The notes under the pieces were generated by a model. The model was given only the letters and a program-made list of their open reading frames with translations. It was not told the DNA's origin and did not search any database. Made by a program: the position numbers and the translations under genes. DNA of 31,993 nt from Candidatus Rifleibacteriota bacterium (lineage in GTDB: Bacteria > Muiribacteriota > Ozemobacteria > Ozemobacterales > Ozemobacteraceae), in NCBI GenBank assembly GCA_051747585.1, contig JBNJGH010000029.1, forward strand, positions 1 through 31,993, in the 5' to 3' direction. This document shows positions 1-8,559 of the stretch, in pieces (position 1 is the stretch's first letter; each line of letters starts with the position of its first letter).

Positions 1-33
1 ACAAATCCTGGCTGAAAAAGATTAAAAAATCAA

Positions 34-60
34 CTCTGTGCCCTCGGTGGCCTCAGTGGT
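34..60. repeat. Three degenerate 9-bp tandem units (CTCnGTGnn)
   Basis: CTCTGTGCC / CTCGGTGGC / CTCAGTGGT read directly, in AT-rich flanks. Confidence 0.6.
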
Positions 61-92
61 TTAAATTCTATATTTGACAGAAAGAAATAAAA

Positions 93-203
93 CCAGAACG
101 TCTTGTAACCAGCTAATAATGATTGACCGAGAATTCCTGTCTATATCCCAGCTATTCTCGGTTGGCGACGGCGGATGCTCGTGCTTGTAATCGGGCGTTG
201 GTA
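93..203. other. Long imperfect palindrome with AAC...GTT ends (attC-like site or structured RNA)
   Basis: Perfect inner arms ACCGAGAAT (126-134) / ATTCTCGGT (154-162); outer arms AAC-GTCTT-GTAACCAGC (97-113) / GCTTGTAAT-CGGGC-GTT (183-199). Confidence 0.4.
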
Positions 204-346
204 TCAAACAATGTTGCGAAAAAAACGATAATCACAATTAACAAGAATAAAATAAAAAATTAGATAGAAAAAAATTTGTTCAAAACCTTTTAGTATTTAT
301 TTGGTATTATTATAAAAAATTAAGAACTAATTAATGGAGCCTGCAT

Positions 347-2776
347 ATGACAAAATCAGTCTATCATGGTAAAGTTTTGCTTCGAAGATTTGCAGCGATT
401 GTTTTAATTCTCGCACTTATTGGTGCAGCACCCGGAACATCTGAAATTTTCCGCTCTGCTCTTCATGCCGCCACACCTTTTACTGAAAAACAGATTGACT
501 TAGAACCCGATAATCCGCAGGCCGTTTCAAAAGATGCTGAGCATAAAGTAACAACTGAAGAGGTTTCAGAAGCTGAAGAGGTTTCTGAAGCGGCCAAAGA
601 AGCGAAAAAGCGCGAAATGAGCCGCTTTGAGCAACTTGCCTGGACAATCGGGAAAGCTTTTGTTCCCACTCTGGCAGTTATGGCCTTTTCTGCTGCGGTT
701 GTTTGCCCCCTGGCCTGGATAATTGCAGGTTCAGTCGCAGTCGGAGCAACAGCTGCAGGGTTAACTACCCTCGCTTATGAACATAGAAAGAACTCTTTTT
801 TGCCCGATGAAGACAAGGCCACAAAAGATAAAATCTGGCGCAATGTAACTATTTCCGCTGCTATTAATGGCGCCCTGGCTCCATTCAGTATTGCCACAGC
901 CGGAATTGCTCAAGCCATTGGTCCGGTTACCACGAAATCTATTGTGAAAACAGCTGCAAAAGCCGGTGCGGTTACCTTTATGGGGCGAACCGTGGTTAAT
1001 GCTGCAAAGGGGGCGGTAACAAATCTGTGGTATGACCATTACTATAATTATGATGAAAAAGAAAAACTGCTGAAATTAAGAATTGAAACCCTTTCGAATA
1101 TAGAAAACCGAACTTCTGAGCAGGAAGAGCAGCTTGTAGCCTACATTGAAGAACTCGATACAATAGAAAAAGAAAAATACACCTGGAAGAATTTTCGCCA
1201 GGATGAGAAAAAGGCTCTTGTTTTGGCAGGTTTTTCAGGTATTCTGGGAGGTGCGGCTGCAAAGCTTGGTTCGCAGGCTGATTGGGCGAAAATTGCTTCA
1301 AGTAAGCTTTTTGGCACTACCGAAAAGGCCGGTATGGTTTCAAATGCAGTTCTCAGCAACCCTTTTGCTTTTGCGACAGGGGCCGGCTATGCTGCTGTTG
1401 ATAAAAAAGAGCTGCTGAATCAGATGAAATACAATAAGATGCTGCAGCAAAAATATGAGCCCGGCTCAAGAGCATGGCAATATTATGAAGGGAAAATTGA
1501 GGAGCTAAAACAAACTTATAAAGATATAAGTCTTATTGCAGAGGGAACCAAGTCGTTGGCAGCCAATGCTGCTGTTCAATCCGCTATTGTTGGAACATCT
1601 CTGGCAAAAACCAGGCTATGGGATCTACCTTCAGCTAAGAGAAAACAAATTCAACAGCGCTATGAAGAGCAAAGTTCTCAGTATAAAAAAGCTTCTCAAA
1701 TACGGCAACGGCTTGAGGCAAAAAAGGCCGAACAACCCGCGCTGGCTGACTTTACATCCAAAAGGGCCTACCGAAGAGCTCTTGACGCTCATAAAGCTCA
1801 GGTAAAAAGCATTCAAGAGGAGTATAAAAGAGCTCTGGTTTTTGCTGCTGACGCTCAGAAGCTTCCGGCAAACCAGCAAAAATTAAAAGAGATTACCCGC
1901 CAGGTTACCCGGGAAATTGATTATAAGCGCCGTGCCGAGCTTGCCAGGGCCCTGGGTAAAGAGTCCTATATTGAGTTTAAAGTTAAAGAACTCAAGGCCC
2001 GACCAGAAAACAGCTCATTGAGCAAGGAAGAACTTCGGGCCAAGGCTGAATCCCAGATGAGTTACGAATTTACTGAGGCCGCCGATGCCAACGCCGAGCA
2101 TCTCAAGTATCTCGAAGGAAAAGTTAGCCGTAAGAACCTCGAGCTCAATCCCAATATAGAAAAGGGCGAAGATGGCAAACTCTACGTTGTAATAAGAGAT
2201 GCTGCAGGTAATAAAATTCGAACCAGGCCATATCAAGGCGGTGAAGGTGCCTATTGGTATGACAAGCTTTTTAAAAACCCATCTCAGCTCAAGGATGCTG
2301 AATTGCAAAGAAGACTTAAAGAGGCTTACAATTCTCCTTTGATGGTAAAGCCTTCGCAGATTCGTAACGAATTTGTAGAAATGAAAACTAACCGGTTACG
2401 AGCCCAGGGCTATGCAGATAACGAGATAGAAAGCCAGATGTCGTCTATTATGGAAGCTGCCAATCAAAGAATGTTGCAGAGCTATGGCGATAACTGGCAG
2501 AATGCCGCTAAAGCCGAACTTTTTGCAGCAGCTCTCGAACGTGCAAGATATGATGATGGCGCTTCTCCAGATTTCAAAGATTTTGCAAAAGTTTTTCAAA
2601 ACGATTTGCCTGATAAAGTCTTATGGGGTTTTAAACTAGAAATGAAGTCTAATGTGAAAAGCTCGTCATTTGTTAATAACCTTCCGGTAAGTGACCTGGA
2701 AGACTATGATCAGACATTTGAAAAAATATCTGGCGAAGCTGTTGACAACTATTACAAAGGCCTTGCAGATAACTGA
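347..2776 (+). CDS. Hypothetical exported/membrane protein, 809 aa, with Ala/Gly-rich hydrophobic segments and charged helical regions
   Basis: Long ORF; GGAG RBS at 336-339; basic N-terminus plus hydrophobic stretch (RRFAAIVLILALIGAA); no family motif recognised. Confidence 0.85.
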   Translation: MTKSVYHGKVLLRRFAAIVLILALIGAAPGTSEIFRSALHAATPFTEKQIDLEPDNPQAVSKDAEHKVTTEEVSEAEEVSEAAKEAKKREMSRFEQLAWTIGKAFVPTLAVMAFSAAVVCPLAWIIAGSVAVGATAAGLTTLAYEHRKNSFLPDEDKATKDKIWRNVTISAAINGALAPFSIATAGIAQAIGPVTTKSIVKTAAKAGAVTFMGRTVVNAAKGAVTNLWYDHYYNYDEKEKLLKLRIETLSNIENRTSEQEEQLVAYIEELDTIEKEKYTWKNFRQDEKKALVLAGFSGILGGAAAKLGSQADWAKIASSKLFGTTEKAGMVSNAVLSNPFAFATGAGYAAVDKKELLNQMKYNKMLQQKYEPGSRAWQYYEGKIEELKQTYKDISLIAEGTKSLAANAAVQSAIVGTSLAKTRLWDLPSAKRKQIQQRYEEQSSQYKKASQIRQRLEAKKAEQPALADFTSKRAYRRALDAHKAQVKSIQEEYKRALVFAADAQKLPANQQKLKEITRQVTREIDYKRRAELARALGKESYIEFKVKELKARPENSSLSKEELRAKAESQMSYEFTEAADANAEHLKYLEGKVSRKNLELNPNIEKGEDGKLYVVIRDAAGNKIRTRPYQGGEGAYWYDKLFKNPSQLKDAELQRRLKEAYNSPLMVKPSQIRNEFVEMKTNRLRAQGYADNEIESQMSSIMEAANQRMLQSYGDNWQNAAKAELFAAALERARYDDGASPDFKDFAKVFQNDLPDKVLWGFKLEMKSNVKSSSFVNNLPVSDLEDYDQTFEKISGEAVDNYYKGLADN
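555..591 (+). repeat. 18-bp in-frame tandem duplication (EEVSEA x2)
   Basis: CTGAAGAGGTTTCAGAAG / CTGAAGAGGTTTCTGAAG, one mismatch. Confidence 0.8.
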
Positions 2777-2823
2777 TTCGTTTTTCTATTGCTTTGCTGA
2801 GTTTCTTATGAAAAAATGCTTTT

Positions 2824-3852
2824 GTGAAAAGTAGTTTCTCGGCAAAAGCAATAGTTGTAAGACTTGCTATATGGTTATTTATTGCATTGGTGGCGGCAAT
2901 CACTGTCGTTGCAATGTTTTCTGATTATCATAAAGTGAGCGAACTTTTGCTTGCAATTGATCCCACCTGGCTTTTGCTCATAATTACGGCAGTTCTTTTT
3001 AACTATATGTTGCGCTTTTTTAAGTGGTGCTTTTTTTTGAAAGTTGTCGGCGTAAGCATTCCCCTTGGGCAGAATCTATGGATATTTTTTGCCGCCTTTA
3101 CCATGGTCTTAAGCCCGGGAAAAATTGGCGAACTGGTTAAATCTTTTTTACTAAAAGCCAGATTCGATATTCCGGTATCTCGTACTGCTCCTGTTGTAAT
3201 GGCAGAGCGTTTAACTGATCTGCTGGGTTTAATGGTGCTATGCCTTATAGGTTCATATCAGTTTTCATTCAAGCCTCAGACTATAACGGCGCTGGCATTG
3301 CTATTTGTTGCAGGTATCATTTTGTTAACAAGGAATTCGTTCTGGCTGTTGCTAAATAAAGTAATCGCCCGAGCAGGTTTTATGAAAGGCTTTTTAAAAG
3401 CCGTAAAATTAATTCAAGCCACTTTTGAATCACTTCTTACGCTGAAGAATCTATTCATTTCTGTGTTGTTAAGTGCTGTTTCATGGGCCGGAGAAGGTGT
3501 TGCTCTTTATTTTATTTTCAAGTCTTTGAATGTGAGTGTCGAATCTTTGTTGCTTATTTCTATTTTTGCCCATGCTTTCAGCTCAGTGGTCGGTGCTCTT
3601 TCTTTTCTACCCGGAGGCTTGCTTGTTACCGAAGGAGCAATGGGGTTGTTTTTTGTCTATGTTTCAATTCCTGAAGCCCAGGCGTTATCTGCGACTTTTT
3701 TGATAAGATCTCTGACTTTGTGGTTTGCTGTAATTATAGGAACCATTGTCTTTCTGGCTGGCCATTCTAAAGAAGACCTTCAAGCCCTGAAATTGATCAA
3801 AAGAAGCAAAAGCCATACCGATGAACAGCCTGATTTAGCCATAAAAAACTAA
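2824..3852 (+). CDS. Lysylphosphatidylglycerol synthase TM-domain / flippase-like protein (UPF0104)
   Basis: Many TM segments; motifs LRFFKW, SPGKIGELVK, ERLTDL, LPGGLLVTEG; GTG start. Confidence 0.8.
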   Translation: MKSSFSAKAIVVRLAIWLFIALVAAITVVAMFSDYHKVSELLLAIDPTWLLLIITAVLFNYMLRFFKWCFFLKVVGVSIPLGQNLWIFFAAFTMVLSPGKIGELVKSFLLKARFDIPVSRTAPVVMAERLTDLLGLMVLCLIGSYQFSFKPQTITALALLFVAGIILLTRNSFWLLLNKVIARAGFMKGFLKAVKLIQATFESLLTLKNLFISVLLSAVSWAGEGVALYFIFKSLNVSVESLLLISIFAHAFSSVVGALSFLPGGLLVTEGAMGLFFVYVSIPEAQALSATFLIRSLTLWFAVIIGTIVFLAGHSKEDLQALKLIKRSKSHTDEQPDLAIKN

Positions 3853-3924
3853 TATAGGTTGTAACTCAAATATTTTTTGCGGTATTCTCTGATTAAATAA
3901 TTTAATTTCAGGGCAGGGAGAAAT

Positions 3925-4692
3925 ATGGATCCGGTAAATTTAAAAATAAGAAAAATTCTTGAAGATTTTCGTCATGGGAAAATTTCTCCCGTTGATGCTG
4001 AGTTGGCTCTTGCCCGTGAGTTTACCCATGGCTCCGAAACCAGCTTCGCGGTTATAGATGGCACCAGGGAGCATAGAACAGGTTTTCCCGAAGCTGTTTA
4101 TGCTGCTTCCAAAACTCCAGAGCAGGTTGTAGATATTTTTACCAAAATGCTGGAATTAAATGGAAAAGCTCTGGCTACAAGATGTTCAGATGAATCGCTC
4201 AATGCTCTGCAGAAAAAAAATCCTGAAATCAATGTTGATTATCAAAGTCATATTGCCTGGTTTCGTCCTGATGTGGAAATTAACGCAGCCAGCAAAGTGG
4301 CTGTGTTGGCGGCGGGCACTTCGGACTTGTCTGTGGCGGAAGAAACCGCTCTGACGCTGGAATTCGCCGGAATGCAGGTCGAAAGAGTTTATGATGTGGG
4401 AGTGGCTGGAATTCATCGCTTGCTGGGCAGAATGAAAAAAATTGCAGACGCAGACGCAGTTATTGTAATTGCGGGAATGGAAGGAGCTCTTCCCAGTGTT
4501 GTCGGCGGTCTGGTCCAGTGTCCCGTAATTGCAGTGCCGACATCTGTCGGTTATGGTGCGAGCTTTGGCGGAATCTCGGCTTTGCTTGGTATGTTAAATT
4601 CATGCTCAGCGGGCATCGTGGTAGTAAATATCGATAACGGCTTTGGTGCAGCTGTAGCCGCGATAAGAATTGTGAAAGGTAAATGTAGATGA
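3925..4692 (+). CDS. larB: Nickel-pincer nucleotide cofactor biosynthesis protein LarB (PurE-like carboxylase/hydrolase)
   Basis: RTGFPEAVY, AGTSDL, DVGVAGIHRL, AGMEGALPSVVGGL, AVPTSVGYG, VVNIDNGFGAA; GGGAG RBS. Confidence 0.95.
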   Translation: MDPVNLKIRKILEDFRHGKISPVDAELALAREFTHGSETSFAVIDGTREHRTGFPEAVYAASKTPEQVVDIFTKMLELNGKALATRCSDESLNALQKKNPEINVDYQSHIAWFRPDVEINAASKVAVLAAGTSDLSVAEETALTLEFAGMQVERVYDVGVAGIHRLLGRMKKIADADAVIVIAGMEGALPSVVGGLVQCPVIAVPTSVGYGASFGGISALLGMLNSCSAGIVVVNIDNGFGAAVAAIRIVKGKCR

Positions 4693-5558
4693 ATATTTTA
4701 TATTGGGATTGTTTCAGTGGCATTGCTGGCAACATGGCTGTTGCTTCTCTGATCGATCTGGGTGCTGACAGAAAAAAACTTGAAAAAGCCGTGGCTTCAA
4801 TTCCATTTGAAGAAGGCAAAGTGGAGCTTATTTTTGAAGAAAAGCTTAATATGGGCATAAGAGGAACATATTTTAACACTCTCGAAGACCATGTTATGCA
4901 TGCCACACCTGATAAGAACGATTCGCAGCATTCGCATACTCACAAGCATTCCCACGAACATTCTCAAAATCATTCACATGGTGATCATCACCATCATCAT
5001 CATGGCCCTCATAGAGGCCTGCCGGAAATCCGTGCATTGCTGGAAAAAGCTGATATAAGCGATAATGCTCGAGAAATTGCTTTGAAATGTTTCTCAGAGC
5101 TTGCAGCTGCAGAAGCAGAAATTCATGGTAAATCTATCGATGAAGTTCATTTTCATGAGGTTGGTGCAAGAGACAGTATTGTTGATATGGTTGGGGTGGC
5201 AGTCTGTTTCGATGACTTAAATATTGGCGAAATAAAAATTTCGCCGGTTCATCTGGGGTCTGGAATGGTCAACTGTGCTCATGGCAAGATTCCGGTTCCT
5301 GCACCTGCTACCGCAGTCTTGTTAAAGGGGTTCCCGGTGGTTATCGATACTGATGTGCCCTTTGAATTAACTACTCCAACCGGAGCGGCAATATTACGGG
5401 GAATGAAGGCTGAGCCAGTGGGGCCTGGGGAATTTGTTTATGAAGCTGTAGGGCATGGACTTGGCAGTTTTAATACCGGAAGACCAAACTTTTTAAGAGC
5501 TTTTCTAAAAAAGGGTTCACAAGATCTAAAAAAAAAACGGATTTCATCTTTGAGTTGA
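4689..5558 (+). CDS. larC: Nickel insertase LarC, N-terminal part (LarC1); with a -1 shift the product runs to 5941 (417 aa)
   Basis: DCFSGIAGNM, His-rich insert, AEAEIHG, VHFHEVGA, CAHGKIPVPAPAT, ELTTPTGAA; overlaps the larB stop. Confidence 0.93.
   Translation: MNILYWDCFSGIAGNMAVASLIDLGADRKKLEKAVASIPFEEGKVELIFEEKLNMGIRGTYFNTLEDHVMHATPDKNDSQHSHTHKHSHEHSQNHSHGDHHHHHHGPHRGLPEIRALLEKADISDNAREIALKCFSELAAAEAEIHGKSIDEVHFHEVGARDSIVDMVGVAVCFDDLNIGEIKISPVHLGSGMVNCAHGKIPVPAPATAVLLKGFPVVIDTDVPFELTTPTGAAILRGMKAEPVGPGEFVYEAVGHGLGSFNTGRPNFLRAFLKKGSQDLKKKRISSLS
5507..5537 (+). other. Putative -1 frameshift / transcriptional slippage site in larC
   Basis: In-phase A_AAA_AAG (5507-5513) and A10 run (5528-5537); -1 frame open from 5474 to 5941. 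Confidence 0.7.
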
Positions 5559-5941
5559 CTACCAATCTCGATAATGTAAGCGGTGAGTTGTTGGGCCATG
5601 TTTGTGCCAGACTTATGAGTTGCGGAGCACTGGATGCAAGCATGACACCCCTGACCATGAAAAAAGGTCGGCCTGGCTGGGCTTTGCAGGTCATGGCTTC
5701 AACTTCTAAAACGGAGATGCTTGAAAATCTAATTTTTACAGAGTTGCCCACTTTGGGTATTCGCAAAAAATTGGTGCAAAGGTCGATTTTGCAAAGATCA
5801 GAAGCTGAAATAAAGCACAATGAAAGCGTTTTTAAAGCCAAAAAAATTTTTGAGCTGGATGGCGAAGAAAGAGTTGAACTTGAGTTCGATGAAAAGATCA
5901 GGTTGGCAGAAAAGCTTTCGTTGCCTGTGCGCAAATTATAA
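5528..5941 (+). CDS. larC: LarC C-terminal part (LarC2), in the -1 frame (ORF track starts it at TTG 5555)
   Basis: TDFIFELTTNLDNVSGE, GALDAS, MKKGRPG, TLGIR motifs of the LarC C-domain; the motif begins upstream of the TTG, which has no clear RBS. Confidence 0.88.
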   Translation, partial: KKKTDFIFELTTNLDNVSGELLGHVCARLMSCGALDASMTPLTMKKGRPGWALQVMASTSKTEMLENLIFTELPTLGIRKKLVQRSILQRSEAEIKHNESVFKAKKIFELDGEERVELEFDEKIRLAEKLSLPVRKL

Positions 5942-6017
5942 ATGGTCTGCATTGTTGTTTGGTGCACAGTATGCTAATATATGCCAATGATTTTAATTAG
6001 CTGATTTGAGGCAGACA

Positions 6018-7382
6018 ATGAATCTATCAGGAAAAAAAATAAGTATAATCGGTGCAGCTAAAAGTGGTTTGGCGGCTGCTAAAAGCCTTGTTAAAAGTGG
6101 CGCTGAAATTTTTGTAAGCGACATACAAAATGAAGAAAAGTTAAAACAAGTTCTGACCAAGAATGGCCTGCTCAAACAAGTCGGTTTTGAAGCAGGAGGG
6201 CACAGCGAAAAAGTGCTGGATGCCGAGTTTATAATTTTAAGTCCGGGCGTCAGAACCGACATACCTGTTTTGATTGAAGCTGATAAAAGGAATATACCGG
6301 TTTTCAGTGAAATTGAAATTGCTTATCGGCTTTCTCGGGGTAAAAGACTTGTTGTGACCGGTAGTAATGGAAAAACCACCACAACAACTTTGCTTGCCCG
6401 GTTTTGCCGCACTTTTTTCGACAAGGTATTTCTTGGTGGAAATATTGGAATTCCAATAATGGAATTCGCAGCAGAAACGGATGAAGGATCCGTGCAGGTG
6501 CTGGAGGTAAGCAGTTTTCAACTCGAAACAATATTTGATTTTACTCCTGATATAGGCGTTATTACTAATTTCTTCGAAAATCATCTTGATAGGTATCCCA
6601 GCTATAAAGCCTATCTTGATGCCAAAAAGCGCATTGCCTTGAATATGAACAAAAATCACTGGTTGATTCTTAACTATGATCAACCGGCAATGCACGAAAT
6701 GGCTGAAACGGTAAATTGCAAAGTAGCCTGGTTTGGCTGGACAGCGGGTAGGGTTTTTCCTGCTTTAACCGTAGAAAATGAAAACTTTGTTTACTATAAT
6801 TTTGAGGGGATCAGAAAAGAACTTTTTCCTGTTTCCAGTGCAAAGATTATTGGCAGACATAATGTAGAAAATATAATGAGTGCATCTCTTGCAGCTCTAC
6901 TTGCCGGCGTAAACGACGACAAATTAGAGTCTGTAGTTGCGAGCTTTCCGGGGGTTGAACATCGTCTTGAATGGGTTCGTGAGTTGAATGGGATAAACTT
7001 TATCAATGACTCCAAGGGAACTAATTGTGCCGCCTCAAAAACAGCGCTAGAAGCCTGTGAACAGCCTGTAATTCTCATTGCAGGCGGAAGAGATAAGGGC
7101 ACCGACCTCTCCGAATGGGTTGAGACTGCACGCAACAGAGCTAAAGGTGTCGTTCTTTATGGCGAAGCACGAAAAAGATTTCGTTCGGCTCTCGAGGGAT
7201 TTGTGCCGGTCAAAGCTACCAGTTCTTTCGAAAAGGCTATAGATATAGCTTATGAATGGGCTGAGTCAGGAGACACTGTGCTGCTTTCCCCTGCGTGCAG
7301 CAGCTATGATCTTTTCCCCAATTTTGAGGCACGTGGAAGAAAATTTAAAGAGTTGGTGTGCGCTTTAAAGGCAAATGAATAA
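6018..7382 (+). CDS. murD: UDP-N-acetylmuramoyl-L-alanine--D-glutamate ligase
   Basis: SPGV, TGSNGKTTT, GGNIG, EVSSFQL, HLDRY, HRLE, NDSKGTN, LLSPACSSYD; ATG 6018 follows GAGG, preferred over TTG 6006. Confidence 0.96.
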   Translation: MNLSGKKISIIGAAKSGLAAAKSLVKSGAEIFVSDIQNEEKLKQVLTKNGLLKQVGFEAGGHSEKVLDAEFIILSPGVRTDIPVLIEADKRNIPVFSEIEIAYRLSRGKRLVVTGSNGKTTTTTLLARFCRTFFDKVFLGGNIGIPIMEFAAETDEGSVQVLEVSSFQLETIFDFTPDIGVITNFFENHLDRYPSYKAYLDAKKRIALNMNKNHWLILNYDQPAMHEMAETVNCKVAWFGWTAGRVFPALTVENENFVYYNFEGIRKELFPVSSAKIIGRHNVENIMSASLAALLAGVNDDKLESVVASFPGVEHRLEWVRELNGINFINDSKGTNCAASKTALEACEQPVILIAGGRDKGTDLSEWVETARNRAKGVVLYGEARKRFRSALEGFVPVKATSSFEKAIDIAYEWAESGDTVLLSPACSSYDLFPNFEARGRKFKELVCALKANE

Positions 7383-8559
7383 AAGTTCACAATTTGATCA
7401 TATATTGTTTTTTGTTGTCATAGCTCTTATGGGGCTTGGGTTGATAATGGTTTATTCTGCCAGTTCTGTTGCTTCGCTTGCTACTCTGGCCGATGGACTT
7501 TATTATTTTAAAAGACAGTTGGTATGGGTGATTGGCGGCCTCCTGGCAATGCTTGGCTTTTCTCATTTTCCTTATCGCAAGCTTGAGCAGCTGGCTATTC
7601 CTCTATTGGGTGTGTCAATTTTCTTTTTAATACTGGTACTGATCCCGGGTGTTTCCAGGGACATTGGTGGCGCACGCAGATGGCTGAGATTTGGAGGAAT
7701 CGGGTTTCAGCCCTCAGAGTTTGCCAAAATCTGTTTTATCATTTACATGGCTCATTCAATTACAATCAAGCAGGATCGAATTAAAAGCTTTCTTCATGGT
7801 CTGTTGCCCGATCTTTTTGTTACTGCAATAGTTTTTTTTCTTATATATAAAGCACCAAACCTTTCTAATGCTGCGCTTATATTTGGAACATATCTTACCT
7901 TATATTTTGTAGGAAATGGCCCTCTAATAAATCTTTTCGGGCTTATAACAGGTGGTTTAGTTCTTGTTTTTGCTCTAATATTTCATGCTGGTTACCGAAT
8001 TAGGCGTTTCTGGGCTTTTCTCAATCCATGGGGGTCACCTCATACAACCGGATATCACATTATTCAATCCCTGGTGGCAATAGGTTCGGGAGGTCTGTTA
8101 GGTCTTGGCCTCGGTCAGAGTCGTCAGAAATTCTTCATTCTACCCGAGCGTCATACGGATTTTATTTTTGCAATAATTTGTGAAGAGCTTGGCTTGCTGG
8201 GGGGCATTACGGTTATTGTTCTTTTCTTGATTTTTCTCTGGCGAGGAATTTATATTGCCAGTCGTGCTCCAGATTTGTTCGGTTATCTTCTAGCCTGTGG
8301 TATTACCGCTATAGTCGGGTTGCAGGTAATTGTCAATATCGGAGTTGTTTTAAGTCTTATGCCTACCACCGGCATAACTTTGCCCTTTATAAGTTATGGT
8401 GGATCCAGCTTGATTTTCCTGTCTGTTGGTGTAGGTATATTGCTTAATATTTCACGCTATGGTTCCAACAAGAATATTTTTGAAGAAAGTCGTAATAATT
8501 CTTTTGCAGGCAGATTCTCAGAACCTTCTGCCAATAAAAGCAGGTTGAGGAGAAAATAA
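7375..8559 (+). CDS. ftsW: SEDS peptidoglycan glycosyltransferase FtsW
   Basis: MVYSAS, GARRW, FQPSEFAK, LPERHTDFIFA, LPFISYGGSS; lies between murD and murG. Confidence 0.95.
   Translation: MNKSSQFDHILFFVVIALMGLGLIMVYSASSVASLATLADGLYYFKRQLVWVIGGLLAMLGFSHFPYRKLEQLAIPLLGVSIFFLILVLIPGVSRDIGGARRWLRFGGIGFQPSEFAKICFIIYMAHSITIKQDRIKSFLHGLLPDLFVTAIVFFLIYKAPNLSNAALIFGTYLTLYFVGNGPLINLFGLITGGLVLVFALIFHAGYRIRRFWAFLNPWGSPHTTGYHIIQSLVAIGSGGLLGLGLGQSRQKFFILPERHTDFIFAIICEELGLLGGITVIVLFLIFLWRGIYIASRAPDLFGYLLACGITAIVGLQVIVNIGVVLSLMPTTGITLPFISYGGSSLIFLSVGVGILLNISRYGSNKNIFEESRNNSFAGRFSEPSANKSRLRRK

Noticed and set aside
92..203. Specific call as 6S RNA, SRP RNA or tRNA
   Set aside because: Short for 6S, no SRP GGAA-loop motif and no cloverleaf; kept only as an unassigned structure
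4928..5011. His-rich low-complexity stretch as a novel repeat
   Set aside because: Known nickel-binding feature of LarC
5556..5579. Stop readthrough or selenocysteine at the larC TGA
   Set aside because: The 0 frame hits TAA after six more codons and the homology continues in the -1 frame
5555..5941. Independent 128-aa gene starting at TTG 5555
   Set aside because: No RBS, and the LarC motif starts upstream of the TTG; a frameshift fusion fits better, though reinitiation is not excluded
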